A DNA stretch of 64,000 nucleotides from the NCBI RefSeq assembly GCF_022846255.1, contig NZ_AP025682.1. One strand, written 5' to 3'. This document shows positions 1-20,829 of the stretch, one piece after another. This stretch comes from Escherichia coli. Its GTDB lineage: Bacteria; Pseudomonadota; Gammaproteobacteria; Enterobacterales; Enterobacteriaceae. The translations under genes and the position numbers were made by a program. The notes under the pieces are model-generated. The model worked only from the letters and a program-made list of their open reading frames with translations, ran no database searches and was not told the origin of the DNA. Position 1 is the first letter of the stretch, and each line of letters begins with the position of its first letter.

Positions 1-2262
<2,262 letters not shown>

Positions 2263-2445
2263 TCACAACCCGAAGATGTTTCTTGCGATTCATCATCGTG
2301 TTGCGAAAATTTGAGAGACTCACGAACAACTTTCGTTGTTCAGTGTTTCAATTTTCAGCTTGATCCAGATTTTTAAAGAGCAAAACTTCGCAGTGAACCT
2401 TTGCAGGTACACTCTGAAGTATTTTTTATTTAATCACTACAGAGA

Positions 2446-2521
2446 TGGTGGAGCTATGCGGGATCGAACCGCAGACCTCCTGCGTGCAAAGCAGGCGCTC
2501 TCCCAGCTGAGCTATAGCCCC
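2446..2521 (-). tRNA. alaT: tRNA-Ala (anticodon UGC), rRNA spacer tRNA
   Basis: Reverse complement reads GGGGCTATAGCTCAGCTGGGAGAGCGCCTGCTTTGCACGCAGGAGGTCTGCGGTTCGATCCCGCATAGCTCCACCA. Confidence 0.95.
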
Positions 2522-2563
2522 ATAACATGTAGTTAAAACCTCTTCAAATTTGCGGTGCAAATT

Positions 2564-2640
<77 letters not shown>

Positions 2641-2708
2641 GTAGAGGTTTTACTGCTCATTTTCATCAGACAATCTGTGTGAGCACTGCAAAGTACGCTT
2701 CTTTAAGG

Positions 2709-4250
<1,542 letters not shown>

Positions 4251-4424
4251 AAAAGTTTGATGCTCAAAGAATTAAACTTCGTAATGAATTACGTGTTCAC
4301 TCTTGAGACTTGGTATTCATTTTCGTCTTTCGACGTTAAGAATCCGTATCTTCGAGTGCCCACACAGATTGTCTGATAAATTGTTAAAGAGCAGTGCCGC
4401 TTCGCTTTTTCTCAGCGGCGCGGG

Positions 4425-4460
4425 GTGTGCATAATACGCTTTCCCGCTACAGAGTCAAGC
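4425..4460 (-). promoter_or_regulatory. rrn P2 promoter (-35 TTGACT at 4453-4458, -10 TATTAT at 4431-4436, minus strand)
   Basis: Reverse complement reads TTGACTctgtagcgggaaagcgTATTATgcacacc, the conserved rrn P2 arrangement with 16-bp spacing. Confidence 0.8.
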
Positions 4461-4544
4461 ATTTATTTTTGCTTTCTCTGCCGGAATTCTCAGGAGAACC
4501 CCGCTGACCCGGCGGCGTGTTTGCCGTTGTTCCGTGTCAGTGGT

Positions 4545-4600
4545 GGCGCATTATAGGGAGTTATTCCGGCCTGACAAGAGGAAATTTAAAATAATTTTCT
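4545..4600 (-). promoter_or_regulatory. rrn P1 promoter (-35 TTGTCA at 4572-4577, -10 TATAAT at 4550-4555) with AT-rich UP element upstream
   Basis: Reverse complement reads TTGTCAGGCCGGAATAACTCCCTATAATGCGCCACCACTG, preceded by an A/T tract (4578-4600) typical of UP elements. Confidence 0.85.
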
Positions 4601-4626
4601 GACCGCGCATTTTTTATTCTTTATGC

Positions 4627-5172
4627 TTATTTCAGCGTCGGTTTGTCGGTTAAATGGGCGATTTCTCGGGCGAAATTCGCCACCTGCTCCCAATCGGTAT
4701 AGACAACTTCTTTGCGCGTATCCGTTTCACCGCCTGACATCTTCATAATTAACTTGATCATAAAACGGTCGTACCAGCGATAACGTGGGTAACGCAGCGC
4801 CCCGGCAATGACCGCGCAGCGATCGGGACGCCATTGTGAACTCATCAGAAACTTCCGCGCGTAGCTGTTGGTCTGTGGAGTACGCTTCTCAGGTTTACGC
4901 GCCACCAGGTTTACGGAGTAAAAGGCGCTCGGCATCGAATTCAGCCGCGTCGCATGCTTTTTGACAAACTCCTGGAACGCAGAGTGGTAGTGACCATAGC
5001 GAATAGAAGCACCAATGACCACACGGTCGTAGTTTTCCCACTGTGGTTCTTCAATGCGGTGCACATTGGCGACATCCGCCTGGATCCCCAGTTCTTTCAG
5101 TTCCGAAGCCAGGTAGGAGGCAATCTCGCGCGTTTGTCCGTCCCTTGTTGAGAAAAGAATTAATGTTTTCAC
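4627..5172 (-). CDS. hemG: protoporphyrinogen IX dehydrogenase (menaquinone-dependent), flavodoxin-like
   Basis: 181-aa [32 protein letters not shown]... recognised as HemG; position directly upstream of the rrn promoters as in E. coli. Confidence 0.93.
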   Translation of the reverse strand: MKTLILFSTRDGQTREIASYLASELKELGIQADVANVHRIEEPQWENYDRVVIGASIRYGHYHSAFQEFVKKHATRLNSMPSAFYSVNLVARKPEKRTPQTNSYARKFLMSSQWRPDRCAVIAGALRYPRYRWYDRFMIKLIMKMSGGETDTRKEVVYTDWEQVANFAREIAHLTDKPTLK

Positions 5173-5183
5173 GTATTACTCCA

Positions 5184-6635
5184 TCATTCACGCCAGAAAG
5201 TCGGGGTAAAGAGCACCAGCAATGTAAAGACCTCGAGACGACCAAACAGCATGTTGGCAATCAGGATCCATTTAGCCACCGGGTTCATACTGGTAAAGTT
5301 ATCAGCAACCACGCCAAGCCCTGGCCCCAGGTTATTCAATGTCGCAACAACCGAGGCAAAAGCAGAAAAGTCATCCACGCCCGTGGCGATAATCGCCAGC
5401 ATACTGACAATAAACACCAATGCATAGGCGGAGAAAAATCCCCAAACGGCTTCGAGGATACGTTCCGGCAGTGCGCGATTCCCCAGCTTAATGCTATAGA
5501 CGGCGTTCGGATGCACCAGTCGTTTCAGCTCACGGTTCCCCTGCTTAAACAGCAGCAGGATGCGGATCACTTTCAGGCCACCGCCCGTTGACCCGGCACA
5601 ACCGCCGATAAAAGCTGAACATAAAAGCAGTACCGGCAAAAAGAGCGGCCAGCGGGCAATGCTGTCAGTCGTAAACCCGGCGGTTGTCGCCATCGACACC
5701 ACCTGGAAAAACGCCTGGTTAATTGTCATCAGCGCCGAACTGTAGACATTATGAAACCACAGTACGAGGGTACAAATAACCACCAGCGTAAACTGTACGC
5801 CGATAAACATGCGAAATTCCGGATCGCGCCAATAAACCTTCAGACTACGCCCACTTAACAGCGAAAAGTGCAGACCGTAGTTACAGCCGGAGATCAGCAG
5901 GAAGATAGCAATGATAGTGTTAATAGTCGGGCTATCGAAATAACCGATACTGGCATCATGTGTCGAGAAGCCGCCAATAGCGATAGTCGCAAAGCTATGG
6001 CCGATGGCATCAAAGGCATCCATTCCGGCAAACCACAACGCCAGCGCACAGGCGACGGTCAGCAAGACATAAATCAACCACAGGGTTTTCGCCGTTTCCG
6101 CAATTCGCGGGCGCATTTTGTTATCTTTCAGTGGGCCGGGCATTTCTGCGCGATAGAGCTGCATCCCACCCACGCCGAGGATAGGCAGTATCGCAACCGC
6201 CAACACGATGATCCCCATCCCGCCAAACCATTGCAGCATCTGGCGATAAAAGAGGATGGCGTGAGGGAGCGAATCCAGTCCCACCAGCGTAGTGGCCCCC
6301 GTGGTAGTCAGACCGGAGAAAGATTCAAAAAACGCATCGGTAATCGTGAGGTTTGGGCTTTCCGAAAAGATAAAAGGGAGCGCACCGACGCTACCCAACA
6401 CGGTCCAGAACAGCACCACTATCAGAAACCCTTCACGGGATTTCAGTTCGCCCTTTTCTTTACGGTTCGGCCACCACAGCATAGAACCAATGGCAAGAGC
6501 GACAAAAAAGGTCTGGGTAAAGGCGCGGCCCGCACCATCCCGGTAGATGAGTGCTACCAGTCCAGGGATAATCATGGTCCCTGAAAATAAGATGACCAGT
6601 AGTCCAACGATTCGGGTAATGGCGCGAAAATGCAT
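5184..6635 (-). CDS. trkH: Trk system potassium uptake protein TrkH
   Basis: 483-aa polytopic membrane ORF; 12-nt gap to hemG (operon). Confidence 0.93.
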   Translation of the reverse strand: MHFRAITRIVGLLVILFSGTMIIPGLVALIYRDGAGRAFTQTFFVALAIGSMLWWPNRKEKGELKSREGFLIVVLFWTVLGSVGALPFIFSESPNLTITDAFFESFSGLTTTGATTLVGLDSLPHAILFYRQMLQWFGGMGIIVLAVAILPILGVGGMQLYRAEMPGPLKDNKMRPRIAETAKTLWLIYVLLTVACALALWFAGMDAFDAIGHSFATIAIGGFSTHDASIGYFDSPTINTIIAIFLLISGCNYGLHFSLLSGRSLKVYWRDPEFRMFIGVQFTLVVICTLVLWFHNVYSSALMTINQAFFQVVSMATTAGFTTDSIARWPLFLPVLLLCSAFIGGCAGSTGGGLKVIRILLLFKQGNRELKRLVHPNAVYSIKLGNRALPERILEAVWGFFSAYALVFIVSMLAIIATGVDDFSAFASVVATLNNLGPGLGVVADNFTSMNPVAKWILIANMLFGRLEVFTLLVLFTPTFWRE

Positions 6636-6673
6636 CTCTGCCGCTTCCTTAGTTCTGCAAAACGAAGTGGGGA

Positions 6674-7291
6674 TTATTCTTCAATCGCTAACAATTGCAA
6701 TGAACCACGGCTAAAATCCGCCAGCTTTGCGGAAAATTCAGCCACTTTCGCCGCCGGAAGCGCCACCCGCAGCAGAACGAATGCCTGATAATCACTGTTG
6801 ATAATTTTGCCGTCACACTGCCCCAGCAACGCTTCAATGCCGGTTAACTGACTATATTCACATTGCAAAGTATATTCGGTTAATGGTGTCTTGCGTTGGG
6901 TCGTTAGCTGGCGCAGCGCCTGATTCACGCCGCCGCCATACGCTTTCACTAACCCACCGGTGCCCAGCAATATGCCGCCGTAGTAGCGCACCACCACAGC
7001 GGTAATTTCCCCGACGCCGCTGCCCATTAGCTGGGCGAGCATCGGTTTACCTGCCGTTCCCGCCGGCTCCCCGTCGTCAGAGAAACCCAGCTGTTGAGAA
7101 TCATCCGGCGCACCCGCCACCCACGCCACGCAATGGTGGCGGGCATCGGGGTGCTCTGCCCGCACCGATTCAACAAACGCTTTTGCCGCCTCAACGCCAT
7201 CGGTATGCGCCAACAGCGTAATGAAGCGGCTCTTTTTGATCTCTTCAACGACCGTGACCGGTGCCGCAGGAATTAACCAGCTTTCCATCAC
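6674..7291 (-). CDS. yigZ: IMPACT-family protein YigZ
   Basis: 205-aa ORF; 4-nt overlap with the pepQ stop (7288-7291). Confidence 0.9.
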   Translation of the reverse strand: MMESWLIPAAPVTVVEEIKKSRFITLLAHTDGVEAAKAFVESVRAEHPDARHHCVAWVAGAPDDSQQLGFSDDGEPAGTAGKPMLAQLMGSGVGEITAVVVRYYGGILLGTGGLVKAYGGGVNQALRQLTTQRKTPLTEYTLQCEYSQLTGIEALLGQCDGKIINSDYQAFVLLRVALPAAKVAEFSAKLADFSRGSLQLLAIEE

Positions 7292-8619
7292 GCCAGTTTC
7301 AGATCCCGGGTCATGTTTTCCACGTTGTTTTCGTGAATCACCACGTTGTCTTCGATACGAATGCCGCCGAACGGTTTCAGTGCTTCAATTTTCTGCCAGT
7401 TGAAGTGTTTGCTGAACTGCCCTTCACGCCACGGTGCCAGAAGCGATTCGATGAAGTAGATACCCGGTTCGATGGTTAACACCATGCCCGGCTGGAGAAT
7501 ACGGGTGCAGCGCAGGTACGGATATTTTGCCGGTGCCGCGAGGTGCGTACCGCTATCATCCTGCATAAAACCGGCTACGTCATGCACCTGCAGGCCCAGC
7601 GGATGGCCGATACCGTGCGGCATAAACGGTCCGGTGAGATCGTTTTCGACCATCGCTTCTTCACTCATATCGGTGATGATTTGATGTTTACGCAGCAGTT
7701 TGGCGATGCGCTGATGGAACTGGATGTGGTAATCCACATAGCTGACGCCTGCTTTCATGGTGGCGATCAGCGCAAGTTGCTCATCATTTACGTCTTTCAC
7801 CAGCTGTGCGTAGTCGTTGTCGCTTTTTGCCGACCAGGTACGGGTTAGATCAGCCGCATAGCCGTTATATTCGGCCCCGGCATCCAGCAGGAAGCTGCGC
7901 ATCTCTTCCGGTGCCTGGTGGTCCAGTTTGGTGTAATGCAACACCGCAGCGTGTTCGTTAAGCGCCACAATGTTGCTATAAGGTACGTCGGTATCACGAT
8001 GACCGGTCGCGGTCAGATAGGCAATGTTGATATCGAACTCGCTCATGCCAGAACGGAACGCTTCTTCTGCCGCACGATGACCGTTGACCGCCATTTTCTG
8101 CGCTTCACGCATACAGGCCAGTTCGTACTCGGTTTTGAAGGAGCGATAGTAATGCAGGTAGTCGATCACCCCTTTCGGGTTGATATTGCTGGCCTCAATA
8201 CCCAGTTGCAGCGCACGTTCTGGCACCGGACCGATATAACCGATATTGCCGCGCGCAGCAGGCAACAGACTACCAATGCCATCGGCTTTCGGCAGCGCGA
8301 TCACTTCTACATCTTCAGTCCAGAAGGAGTTCGGCAGCGGTTCGACGTTGTGCCAGTAATCAACCGGCAGATAGAACCACAGTTTCGGCTTATTCACGCC
8401 ATCCACCAGCAGCCAGCAGTTTGGCACCTGAGTTACTGGCACCCACGCTTTGAATTGCGGGTTCACTTTAAACGGATAGGGATGATCGTCGAGAAAAACG
8501 TTGAACAGTTCGCCGGAGTGAATAAGTAACGCATCCAGCCTGAAGCGCGCCAGCGCATCGCGAGTCCGTTCCTGTAAGGTAGCTATATGATTTTTATAGA
8601 GCGAGGCCAGTGATTCCAT
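7288..8619 (-). CDS. pepQ: Xaa-Pro dipeptidase (prolidase)
   Basis: 443-aa ORF with the M24 metallopeptidase HxxE...E pattern; divergent from fadB. Confidence 0.93.
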   Translation of the reverse strand: MESLASLYKNHIATLQERTRDALARFRLDALLIHSGELFNVFLDDHPYPFKVNPQFKAWVPVTQVPNCWLLVDGVNKPKLWFYLPVDYWHNVEPLPNSFWTEDVEVIALPKADGIGSLLPAARGNIGYIGPVPERALQLGIEASNINPKGVIDYLHYYRSFKTEYELACMREAQKMAVNGHRAAEEAFRSGMSEFDINIAYLTATGHRDTDVPYSNIVALNEHAAVLHYTKLDHQAPEEMRSFLLDAGAEYNGYAADLTRTWSAKSDNDYAQLVKDVNDEQLALIATMKAGVSYVDYHIQFHQRIAKLLRKHQIITDMSEEAMVENDLTGPFMPHGIGHPLGLQVHDVAGFMQDDSGTHLAAPAKYPYLRCTRILQPGMVLTIEPGIYFIESLLAPWREGQFSKHFNWQKIEALKPFGGIRIEDNVVIHENNVENMTRDLKLA

Positions 8620-8766
8620 TTTTTACCCTTCTGTTTTTTTGACCTTAAGTCTCCGCATATTAGCACATCGTTCATCCAGAGCGTGATTTCTGCCGAGCGT
8701 GATCAGATCGGCATTTCCTTAATATTTTATTTGCATATTTTTAACACAAAATACACACTTCGATGC

Positions 8767-8783
8767 ATCTGGTACGACCAGAT
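8767..8783 (+). promoter_or_regulatory. FadR operator in the fadBA promoter
   Basis: ATCTGGTACGACCAGAT, a near-palindrome matching the FadR consensus, 26 bp upstream of the fadB ATG. Confidence 0.8.
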
Positions 8784-8808
8784 CACCTTGCGGATTCAGG
8801 AGACTGAC

Positions 8809-10998
8809 ATGCTTTACAAAGGCGACACCCTGTACCTTGACTGGCTGGAAGATGGCATTGCCGAACTGGTATTTGATGCCCCAGGTTCAGTTAATAAACT
8901 CGACACTGCGACCGTCGCCAGCCTCGGCGAGGCCATCGGCGTACTGGAACAGCAATCAGATCTAAAAGGGCTGCTGCTGCGTTCGAACAAAGCAGCCTTT
9001 ATCGTCGGTGCTGATATCACCGAATTTTTGTCCCTGTTCCTCGTTCCTGAAGAACAGTTAAGTCAGTGGCTGCACTTTGCCAATAGCGTGTTTAATCGCC
9101 TGGAAGATCTCCCGGTGCCGACCATTGCTGCCGTCAACGGCTATGCGCTGGGCGGTGGCTGCGAATGCGTGCTGGCGACCGATTATCGTCTGGCGACGCC
9201 GGATCTGCGCATCGGTCTGCCGGAAACCAAACTGGGCATCATGCCGGGCTTTGGCGGTTCTGTACGTATGCCACGTATGCTCGGTGCTGACAGTGCGCTG
9301 GAAATCATTGCCGCCGGTAAAGATGTCGGCGCGGATCAGGCGCTGAAAATCGGTCTGGTGGATGGTGTAGTCAAAGCAGAAAAACTGGTTGAAGGGGCGA
9401 TGGCGATTTTACGCCAGGCCATTAACGGCGACCTCGACTGGAAAGCAAAACGTCAGCCGAAGCTGGAACCGCTAAAACTGAGCAAGATTGAAGCCGCCAT
9501 GAGCTTCACCATCGCTAAAGGGATGGTCGCGCAAACGGCGGGGAAACATTATCCGGCCCCCATCACCGCAGTAAAAACCATTGAAGCGGCGGCCCGTTTT
9601 GGTCGTGAAGAAGCCTTAAACCTGGAAAACAAAAGTTTTGTCCCGCTGGCGCATACCAACGAAGCCCGCGCACTGGTCGGCATTTTCCTTAACGATCAAT
9701 ATGTAAAAGGTAAAGCGAAGAAACTCACCAAAGATGTTGAAACCCCGAAACAGGCCGCTGTGCTGGGCGCAGGCATTATGGGCGGCGGCATCGCCTACCA
9801 GTCTGCGTGGAAAGGCGTGCCGGTTGTCATGAAAGATATCAACGACAAGTCGTTAACCCTCGGCATGACCGAAGCCGCGAAACTGCTGAACAAGCAGCTT
9901 GAGCGCGGCAAGATCGATGGTCTGAAACTGGCTGGCGTGATCTCCACAATTCACCCAACGCTCGACTACGCCGGGTTTGACCGCGTGGATGTTGTGGTAG
10001 AAGCGGTTGTTGAAAACCCGAAAGTGAAAAAAGCCGTGCTGGCAGAAACCGAGCAGAAAGTACGCCCGGATACCGTACTGGCGTCTAACACTTCAACCAT
10101 TCCTATCAGCGAACTGGCCAACGCGCTGGAACGTCCGGAAAACTTCTGCGGGATGCACTTCTTTAACCCGGTCCACCGAATGCCGTTAGTAGAAATTATT
10201 CGCGGCGAGAAAAGCTCCGACGAAACCATCGCGAAAGTCGTCGCCTGGGCGAGCAAGATGGGCAAAACGCCGATTGTGGTTAACGACTGCCCCGGCTTCT
10301 TCGTCAACCGTGTACTGTTCCCCTATTTCGCCGGTTTCAGCCAGTTGCTGCGCGACGGCGCGGATTTCCGCAAGATCGACAAAGTGATGGAAAAACAGTT
10401 TGGCTGGCCGATGGGTCCGGCATATCTGCTGGATGTTGTGGGCATTGACACCGCGCATCACGCCCAGGCTGTCATGGCAGCAGGCTTCCCGCAGCGGATG
10501 CAGAAAGATTATCGCGATGCCATCGACGCGCTGTTTAATGCCAACCGCTTTGGTCAGAAGAACGGCCTCGGTTTCTGGCGTTATAAAGAAGACAGCAAAG
10601 GTAAGCCGAAGAAAGAAGAAGATGCCGTCGTTGACGACCTGCTGGCAGAGGTCAGCCACGCAAAGCGCGATTTCAGCGAAGAAGAGATTATCGCCCGCAT
10701 GATGATCCCGATGGTCAACGAAGTGGTCCGCTGTCTGGAAGAGGGCATTATCGCCACTCCGGCAGAAGCGGATATGGCGCTGGTCTACGGCCTGGGCTTC
10801 CCTCCGTTCCACGGCGGCGCGTTCCGCTGGCTGGACACCCTCGGCAGCGCAAAATACCTCGATATGGCACAGCAATATCAGCACCTCGGCCCGCTGTATG
10901 AAGTACCGGAAGGTCTGCGTAATAAAGCACGTCATAACGAACCGTACTATCCCCCGGTTGAGCCAGCCCGTCCGGTTGGCGACCTGAAAACGGCTTAA
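8809..10998 (+). CDS. fadB: fatty acid oxidation complex alpha subunit (enoyl-CoA hydratase / 3-hydroxyacyl-CoA dehydrogenase)
   Basis: The ORF track gives 771 aa from an upstream ATG; the 729-aa product starting [23 protein letters not shown] (ATG at 8809) is taken as the real start. Confidence 0.93.
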   Translation: MLYKGDTLYLDWLEDGIAELVFDAPGSVNKLDTATVASLGEAIGVLEQQSDLKGLLLRSNKAAFIVGADITEFLSLFLVPEEQLSQWLHFANSVFNRLEDLPVPTIAAVNGYALGGGCECVLATDYRLATPDLRIGLPETKLGIMPGFGGSVRMPRMLGADSALEIIAAGKDVGADQALKIGLVDGVVKAEKLVEGAMAILRQAINGDLDWKAKRQPKLEPLKLSKIEAAMSFTIAKGMVAQTAGKHYPAPITAVKTIEAAARFGREEALNLENKSFVPLAHTNEARALVGIFLNDQYVKGKAKKLTKDVETPKQAAVLGAGIMGGGIAYQSAWKGVPVVMKDINDKSLTLGMTEAAKLLNKQLERGKIDGLKLAGVISTIHPTLDYAGFDRVDVVVEAVVENPKVKKAVLAETEQKVRPDTVLASNTSTIPISELANALERPENFCGMHFFNPVHRMPLVEIIRGEKSSDETIAKVVAWASKMGKTPIVVNDCPGFFVNRVLFPYFAGFSQLLRDGADFRKIDKVMEKQFGWPMGPAYLLDVVGIDTAHHAQAVMAAGFPQRMQKDYRDAIDALFNANRFGQKNGLGFWRYKEDSKGKPKKEEDAVVDDLLAEVSHAKRDFSEEEIIARMMIPMVNEVVRCLEEGIIATPAEADMALVYGLGFPPFHGGAFRWLDTLGSAKYLDMAQQYQHLGPLYEVPEGLRNKARHNEPYYPPVEPARPVGDLKTA

Positions 10999-12171
<1,173 letters not shown>

Positions 12172-12300
12172 CCACTTGCCGGATGCGGCGTGAACGCCTT
12201 ATCCGGCCTACCGATCCTGCACCCATGTGGGTCTGATAAGAAGCGCCAGCGTCGCATCAGGCATCGTGCATCGATTGCCGGATGCGACATAGATCTAAAT
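12172..12300. repeat. cluster of REP (repetitive extragenic palindromic) elements
   Basis: GCCGGATGCGGCGTGAACGCCTTATCCGGCCTAC and a second inverted copy ...CATCAGGCATCG...GCCGGATGCGAC; classic REP consensus. Confidence 0.8.
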
Positions 12301-12330
12301 GCCACTGTATAAAGTTTTAGTTGCCGTTCT

Positions 12331-12358
12331 TCCCGCCTGTCAGGGGCGGGTTTTTTAT
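12331..12358 (+). terminator. rho-independent terminator downstream of fadBA
   Basis: Stem CCCGCC...GGCGGG followed by TTTTTT (12351-12356). Confidence 0.7.
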
Positions 12359-12361
12359 ATC

Positions 12362-13063
12362 TCAGATAAATGCAAACGCATCGCCAAACAGGCGATCTTC
12401 CCGCGCATTACGCTCGCTGCAAAACAGGTCACGGGCAATTTTCGCCATCTCAAAACGTCCGGCAATATAGATATCATGCTCTGCCAGCGTACCATGATCC
12501 TGCAATACCGCCGTTAACACGGTGCCAGTACGCCCACGCCAGCCCGCTTCCGGTTGTTCAACCACCGGCACCACTTGTAGACCAGGATGCTTCAACGAAA
12601 GCGCCTCAAGCTCGCAGAGATCATACAGATGCTGCTCTTCACGCCCGCCCCAGTAAATGGTGATATCACGGTTTGGGTTACGCGCCAACGCTGTCAGCAA
12701 AATCGAGCGGGCATAAGAGAACCCGGTGCCGCCCGCAATCAAAATCATCGGACGCTCTTCATCATCGCGCAGCCACGCTTCTCCGTGGGGAATATCGACC
12801 ACGATTTGATGATCTTTGAGGATGCGGTCCATGACTGCTTTCGCGTAAAGGTTGATTTCAGAAGCGCCAATATGCAGCTCGATAAACCCTTTTTCATCTG
12901 GCGTCGAAGCCATTGAGAACGGACGTTTGTCGCGCTCATCCATCACTACCATCAAATACTGACCAGCACGAAAAGAAAAGGCCGCGTCTGGCACGATGCG
13001 GACACGATATACGGTATCCGTGATAGCTTCTACCGAGGTCACTTTACAGCTTAAGGTTGTCAT
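12362..13063 (-). CDS. fre: NAD(P)H-flavin reductase
   Basis: ORF track starts 11 codons upstream; the 233-aa product [21 protein letters not shown]... is Fre. Confidence 0.92.
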
Positions 13064-13108
13064 GCGCTTTCTCTGTCGGATCGATAAATAGGGCAAAACA
13101 AACGCGCA

Positions 13109-14602
13109 TCAGGCGCTTTTACCGTTGTTAAAAATAGCCAGTTCATCCCAAATGGCGTCAATATGCGCGACAACATCTGGATCTTTTTTGATGGGACGTC
13201 CCCATTCACGCTGGGTTTCCCCCGGCCATTTATTCGTGGCATCCAGCCCCATTTTTGAACCCAGCCCGGAGACAGGGGAGGCAAAATCCAGATAATCAAT
13301 AGGCGTATTTTCTACCAGAACGGTATCCCGCGCCGGGTCCATACGGGTGGTAATCGCCCAAATCACATCGTTCCAGTCGCGGGCGTTGACGTCATCATCG
13401 CAAACGATCACAAATTTAGTGTACATAAACTGGCGTAAGAACGACCAGACGCCCATCATGACGCGCTTCGCGTGTCCGGCATACTGTTTTTTGATCGTCA
13501 CTACCGCCAGGCGATAAGAACAGCCTTCCGGCGGCAGATAAAAATCGACAATTTCCGGGAACTGTTTTTGCAGAATCGGCACGAACACTTCGTTCAGTGC
13601 TACGCCCAGTACCGCAGGTTCATCTGGCGGACGCCCGGTATAGGTGGAATGATAAATCGCATCTTCACGCTGGGTAATATGCGTCACGGTAAATACCGGG
13701 AAACTATCGACTTCGTTATAGTAACCGGTGTGGTCGCCATACGGCCCTTCCGGCGCAGTTTCGCCTTGTTCGATATACCCTTCCAGCACAATCTCCGCAC
13801 TGGCGGGCACTTCAAGGTCATTGGAGATACACTTCACCACTTCGGTCTTGGTGCCGCGCAGCAATCCGGCAAACGCATACTCTGAAAGCGTATCCGGAAC
13901 GGGGGTGACTGCACCGAGAATCGTGGCAGGATCGGCACCCAGCGCCACAGAAACCGGGAAACGTTCGCCCGGATGCGCCGCACACCACTCCTGATAATCC
14001 AACGCGCCGCCGCGATGCGACAGCCAGCGCATAATCAGTTTGTTTTTACCAATTAGCTGCTGGCGATAAATGCCCAGATTCTGCCGCTCTTTATGCGGGC
14101 CGCGCGTTACGGTGAGCCCCCAGGTAATCAGCGGCGCGGCATCTTCCGGCCAGCAGGTCATAATGGGAATACGATTGAGATCGACGTCATCGCCAGAGAC
14201 GATTTTTTGTTGGCAGGGCGCACCACGCAGTCGCTTTGTCGGCATGTTCAATACTTGCTTAAACTGCGGCAGTTTATCAAACAGGTCGCGGAAACCTTTT
14301 GGCGGCTCCGGCTCTTTCAGAAACGCCAATAATTTACCAACTTCACGCAGCGCCGAAACATCTTCCTGCCCCATGCCCATCGCCACGCGCTTTGGCGTAC
14401 CGAACAGGTTGCACAGCACCGGCATTGAGTAGCCTTTAGGGTTTTCGAACAACAGCGCAGGCCCACCGGCACGCAAAGTGCGGTCAGCAATTTCAGTGAT
14501 TTCCAGGTGCGGATCCACCGGGAGCGTGATACGTTTTAGCTCACCCTGCTGTTCAAGCAGCGTCAAGAAGTCGCGTAAATCGTTATATTTCATGGCGTCC
14601 AT
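13109..14602 (-). CDS. ubiD: 3-octaprenyl-4-hydroxybenzoate decarboxylase
   Basis: 497-aa [28 protein letters not shown]... Confidence 0.94.
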   Translation of the reverse strand: MDAMKYNDLRDFLTLLEQQGELKRITLPVDPHLEITEIADRTLRAGGPALLFENPKGYSMPVLCNLFGTPKRVAMGMGQEDVSALREVGKLLAFLKEPEPPKGFRDLFDKLPQFKQVLNMPTKRLRGAPCQQKIVSGDDVDLNRIPIMTCWPEDAAPLITWGLTVTRGPHKERQNLGIYRQQLIGKNKLIMRWLSHRGGALDYQEWCAAHPGERFPVSVALGADPATILGAVTPVPDTLSEYAFAGLLRGTKTEVVKCISNDLEVPASAEIVLEGYIEQGETAPEGPYGDHTGYYNEVDSFPVFTVTHITQREDAIYHSTYTGRPPDEPAVLGVALNEVFVPILQKQFPEIVDFYLPPEGCSYRLAVVTIKKQYAGHAKRVMMGVWSFLRQFMYTKFVIVCDDDVNARDWNDVIWAITTRMDPARDTVLVENTPIDYLDFASPVSGLGSKMGLDATNKWPGETQREWGRPIKKDPDVVAHIDAIWDELAIFNNGKSA

Positions 14603-14723
14603 TGTAGCCTCTTAATCTGCGCCCATTATACGGCGTTCATCTTTGCGATGCTGTAAATTTGTTAAATTAGCGTGAACTCTGACGGTATAACGCAAACCGG
14701 GGAATATAATTAACTTAGCGTAA

Positions 14724-16036
<1,313 letters not shown>

Positions 16037-16077
16037 CCTGTACTCCATATGACAACCGCCCTGACGGGCGGTTGAAT

Positions 16078-16854
16078 TTATTCTTCAGTTTTTTCGCTTT
16101 CTGCTTCAGCGTCGTTTTCCTCTTCCCGGTTTCGCCCTTTACCAACGTAAAAGCGTGAGAAGAAGACACCGATTTCAAACAGGCAGTACATCGGGATCGC
16201 CAACAGCGTTTGCGAGAAGACATCCGGCGGCGTCAGCAACATCCCGACAACGAATGCACCAACCAGCACATACGGGCGTTTTTTGCGTAAGTCTTCTGGC
16301 GAGGTAATCCCCATCCAGCACAGCAGCACAATTGCCACCGGCACTTCAAAGGAGACACCAAACGCCATAAACAGCGCCATAACGAAGCTTAAATAGCTCG
16401 CAATGTCGGTGGATACCTGTACCCCTTCCGGCGCGGTATTGGCAAGGAAGCCAAATGCCAGCGGAAAGACCACAAAGTAGGCGAACGCCATGCCGATATA
16501 AAACAGCAGAGAGCTGGAAACCAGCAGCGGCACCACCAGGCGACGTTCATGCTTATACAGCGCTGGGGCGATAAACGCCCACACCTGATAGAGAATCACC
16601 GGCGCTGACAGAATCAGCGACACCATAAAGGTCAGCTTGATCGGCGTAAAGAACGGCGAGGCCACGTCGGTGGCGATCATCGTTGAACCTTGCGGCAACT
16701 GCTTGATCAATGGCGCGGATACCAGGTGATAGATGTCATTGGCGAAATAGACCAGACACAGGAATATCACGATCACCGAGATAATGCAGTTCAGCAGACG
16801 CTTACGCAGCTCAATCAGATGCGTGATAAGCGGTTGAGTATCTTCTACAGACAT
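16078..16854 (-). CDS. tatC: twin-arginine translocase subunit TatC
   Basis: 258-aa six-TM ORF. Confidence 0.95.
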   Translation of the reverse strand: MSVEDTQPLITHLIELRKRLLNCIISVIVIFLCLVYFANDIYHLVSAPLIKQLPQGSTMIATDVASPFFTPIKLTFMVSLILSAPVILYQVWAFIAPALYKHERRLVVPLLVSSSLLFYIGMAFAYFVVFPLAFGFLANTAPEGVQVSTDIASYLSFVMALFMAFGVSFEVPVAIVLLCWMGITSPEDLRKKRPYVLVGAFVVGMLLTPPDVFSQTLLAIPMYCLFEIGVFFSRFYVGKGRNREEENDAEAESEKTEE

Positions 16855-16856
16855 GT

Positions 16857-17372
16857 TTACGGTTTATCACTCGACGAAGGGGAAGGTGCAGCGGTTTTCG
16901 GTTCAGCGTCCGCAGCAGGTTTTACCACCGGCTCTGGCGTAGTTTCTGGCTTCTGTTCCGGCGAACTGGCCTGCGTTTGTGCAGCAGCAGGCGTTACGCC
17001 TTCATGCGCAGTTTCATTGTCTTTCACCACCGGGTTATGGATGGTGTGCGCTTCATCGCTCGCCTTTTCAGGATCGTTTGCAACGTAGGAACGCTTCATC
17101 GACTCCGCAGCCTGGCGTAATTCATCCATCGACGCTTTCAGTTCGGGCGTCAGGTTAGTGAGGCTCGCCTTTTCAACCTTTTTCAGACTGTCCTGAAACT
17201 CCTGGAGTTTTAACTCCTGGGTCAGTTCGTTCTGCACCGTTGTCGCCAGTGAACGCAACGCGCGAATCCAGCCCGCTACCGTTTTTACCGCCACAGGCAG
17301 TCGTTGCGGCCCCAGAACGACGAGGCCGATGATGAACACCAATAGCAGTTCGCTAAAACCGATATCAAACAC
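16857..17372 (-). CDS. tatB: twin-arginine translocase subunit TatB
   Basis: 171-aa [29 protein letters not shown]... Confidence 0.95.
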   Translation of the reverse strand: MFDIGFSELLLVFIIGLVVLGPQRLPVAVKTVAGWIRALRSLATTVQNELTQELKLQEFQDSLKKVEKASLTNLTPELKASMDELRQAAESMKRSYVANDPEKASDEAHTIHNPVVKDNETAHEGVTPAAAQTQASSPEQKPETTPEPVVKPAADAEPKTAAPSPSSSDKP

Positions 17373-17375
17373 AGA

Positions 17376-17645
17376 TTACACCTGCTCTTTATCGTGGCGC
17401 TTCGCGTCTTCTGTTTTAGCCTGTTCCTGATTCGTATCCGCCTGCTTATCGGCGATAGTTTTCGCAGTAAAATCAGCATCCTGGCTGGTTTTATCCTGCT
17501 TTGGTTCATCATCGCTCATTGCTTTTTTAAAGCCTTTGATCGACGCACCAAGATCGGAACCGATGGAGCCGAGCTTTTTGGTGCCAAAAAGCAGTACAAC
17601 GATGACGGCAATAATCAATAACTGCCAAATACTGATACCACCCAT
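17376..17645 (-). CDS. tatA: twin-arginine translocase subunit TatA
   Basis: 89-aa product from [26 protein letters not shown]; the ORF track extends 14 codons upstream. Confidence 0.93.
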   Translation of the reverse strand: MGGISIWQLLIIAVIVVLLFGTKKLGSIGSDLGASIKGFKKAMSDDEPKQDKTSQDADFTAKTIADKQADTNQEQAKTEDAKRHDKEQV

Positions 17646-17723
17646 ACATGTTCCTCTGTGGTAGATGATGATTAAACAAAGCCGCATTATACGTTACACG
17701 GCCCGCCTTGAGCGATGAAAAAA

Positions 17724-19966
<2,243 letters not shown>

Positions 19967-19979
19967 TTCCGGTCTCCTG

Positions 19980-20735
19980 TCAGAACTTATAACCACGATG
20001 CAGCGCCACAACCCCTGCCGTCAGATTGTAGTAGTCGACACTTTCGAATCCGGCATCCTGCATCATGGTTTTCAGGGTATCCTGATCGGGATGCATACGG
20101 ATGGATTCTGCCAGATAACGGTAGCTGTCGGCGTCGTTCGCGACCAGTGAGCCAATACGCGGCAGCACATGGAAGGAGTATGCATCATAGGCTTTGCTCA
20201 GCGGCTCGATAATTGGCTTCGAGAACTCAAGTACCAGCAGGCGGCCGCCGGGTTTCAGCACGCGATACATTGAACGCAGTGCTTTATCTTTGTCGGTGAC
20301 GTTACGCAGACCAAACGAAATGGTGATGCAATCAAAGGTGTTATCCGGGAACGGCAGCGCCTCAGCGTTCGCCTGAACATACTCAACGTTGCCAATCACA
20401 CCGATATTACGCAGCTTCTCGCGGCCCATTTTGAGCATGGATTCATTGATATCAGCAAGGACCACTTTGCCAGTTTCTCCGACCAGGCGAGAGAATTTCG
20501 CTGTCAGGTCGCCGGTGCCACCAGCCAGATCCAGCACGGTCTGCCCACGGCGTACGCCGCTGCAATCAATCGTGAATCGCTTCCACAAACGATGAATACC
20601 GAATGACATCAAATCATTCATGACATCGTATTTTGATGCCACGGAATGGAAAACGTGGGCGACCATATCCGCTTTTTGTTCCTTCGCGACGGTCTGAAAA
20701 CCAAAGTGCGTCGTTTCTTGTGACTTATCCACCAT
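19980..20735 (-). CDS. ubiE: ubiquinone/menaquinone C-methyltransferase
   Basis: 251-aa ORF with SAM-binding motif [10 protein letters not shown]. Confidence 0.95.
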
Positions 20736-20829
20736 CTCAATGCCTGCTCATCAAAAAATTGTTCCAGAAGTGTAACAGATTGGGCGTCGATGCCCTAGAT
20801 TTCTACCCGGCTTAACTACCCCCAATGGG

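Noticed and set aside
8683-8808. Upstream 42-codon extension of the fadB ORF (771 aa in the ORF track)
   Set aside because: The extension runs through the FadR operator and promoter; the recognised FadB N-terminus (MLYKGDTLY...) begins at 8809.
12172-12300. REP cluster after fadA as a possible mobile element or small RNA
   Set aside because: Sequence matches ordinary REP/BIME repeats, which are common extragenic palindromes in E. coli; nothing further indicates mobility or an sRNA.
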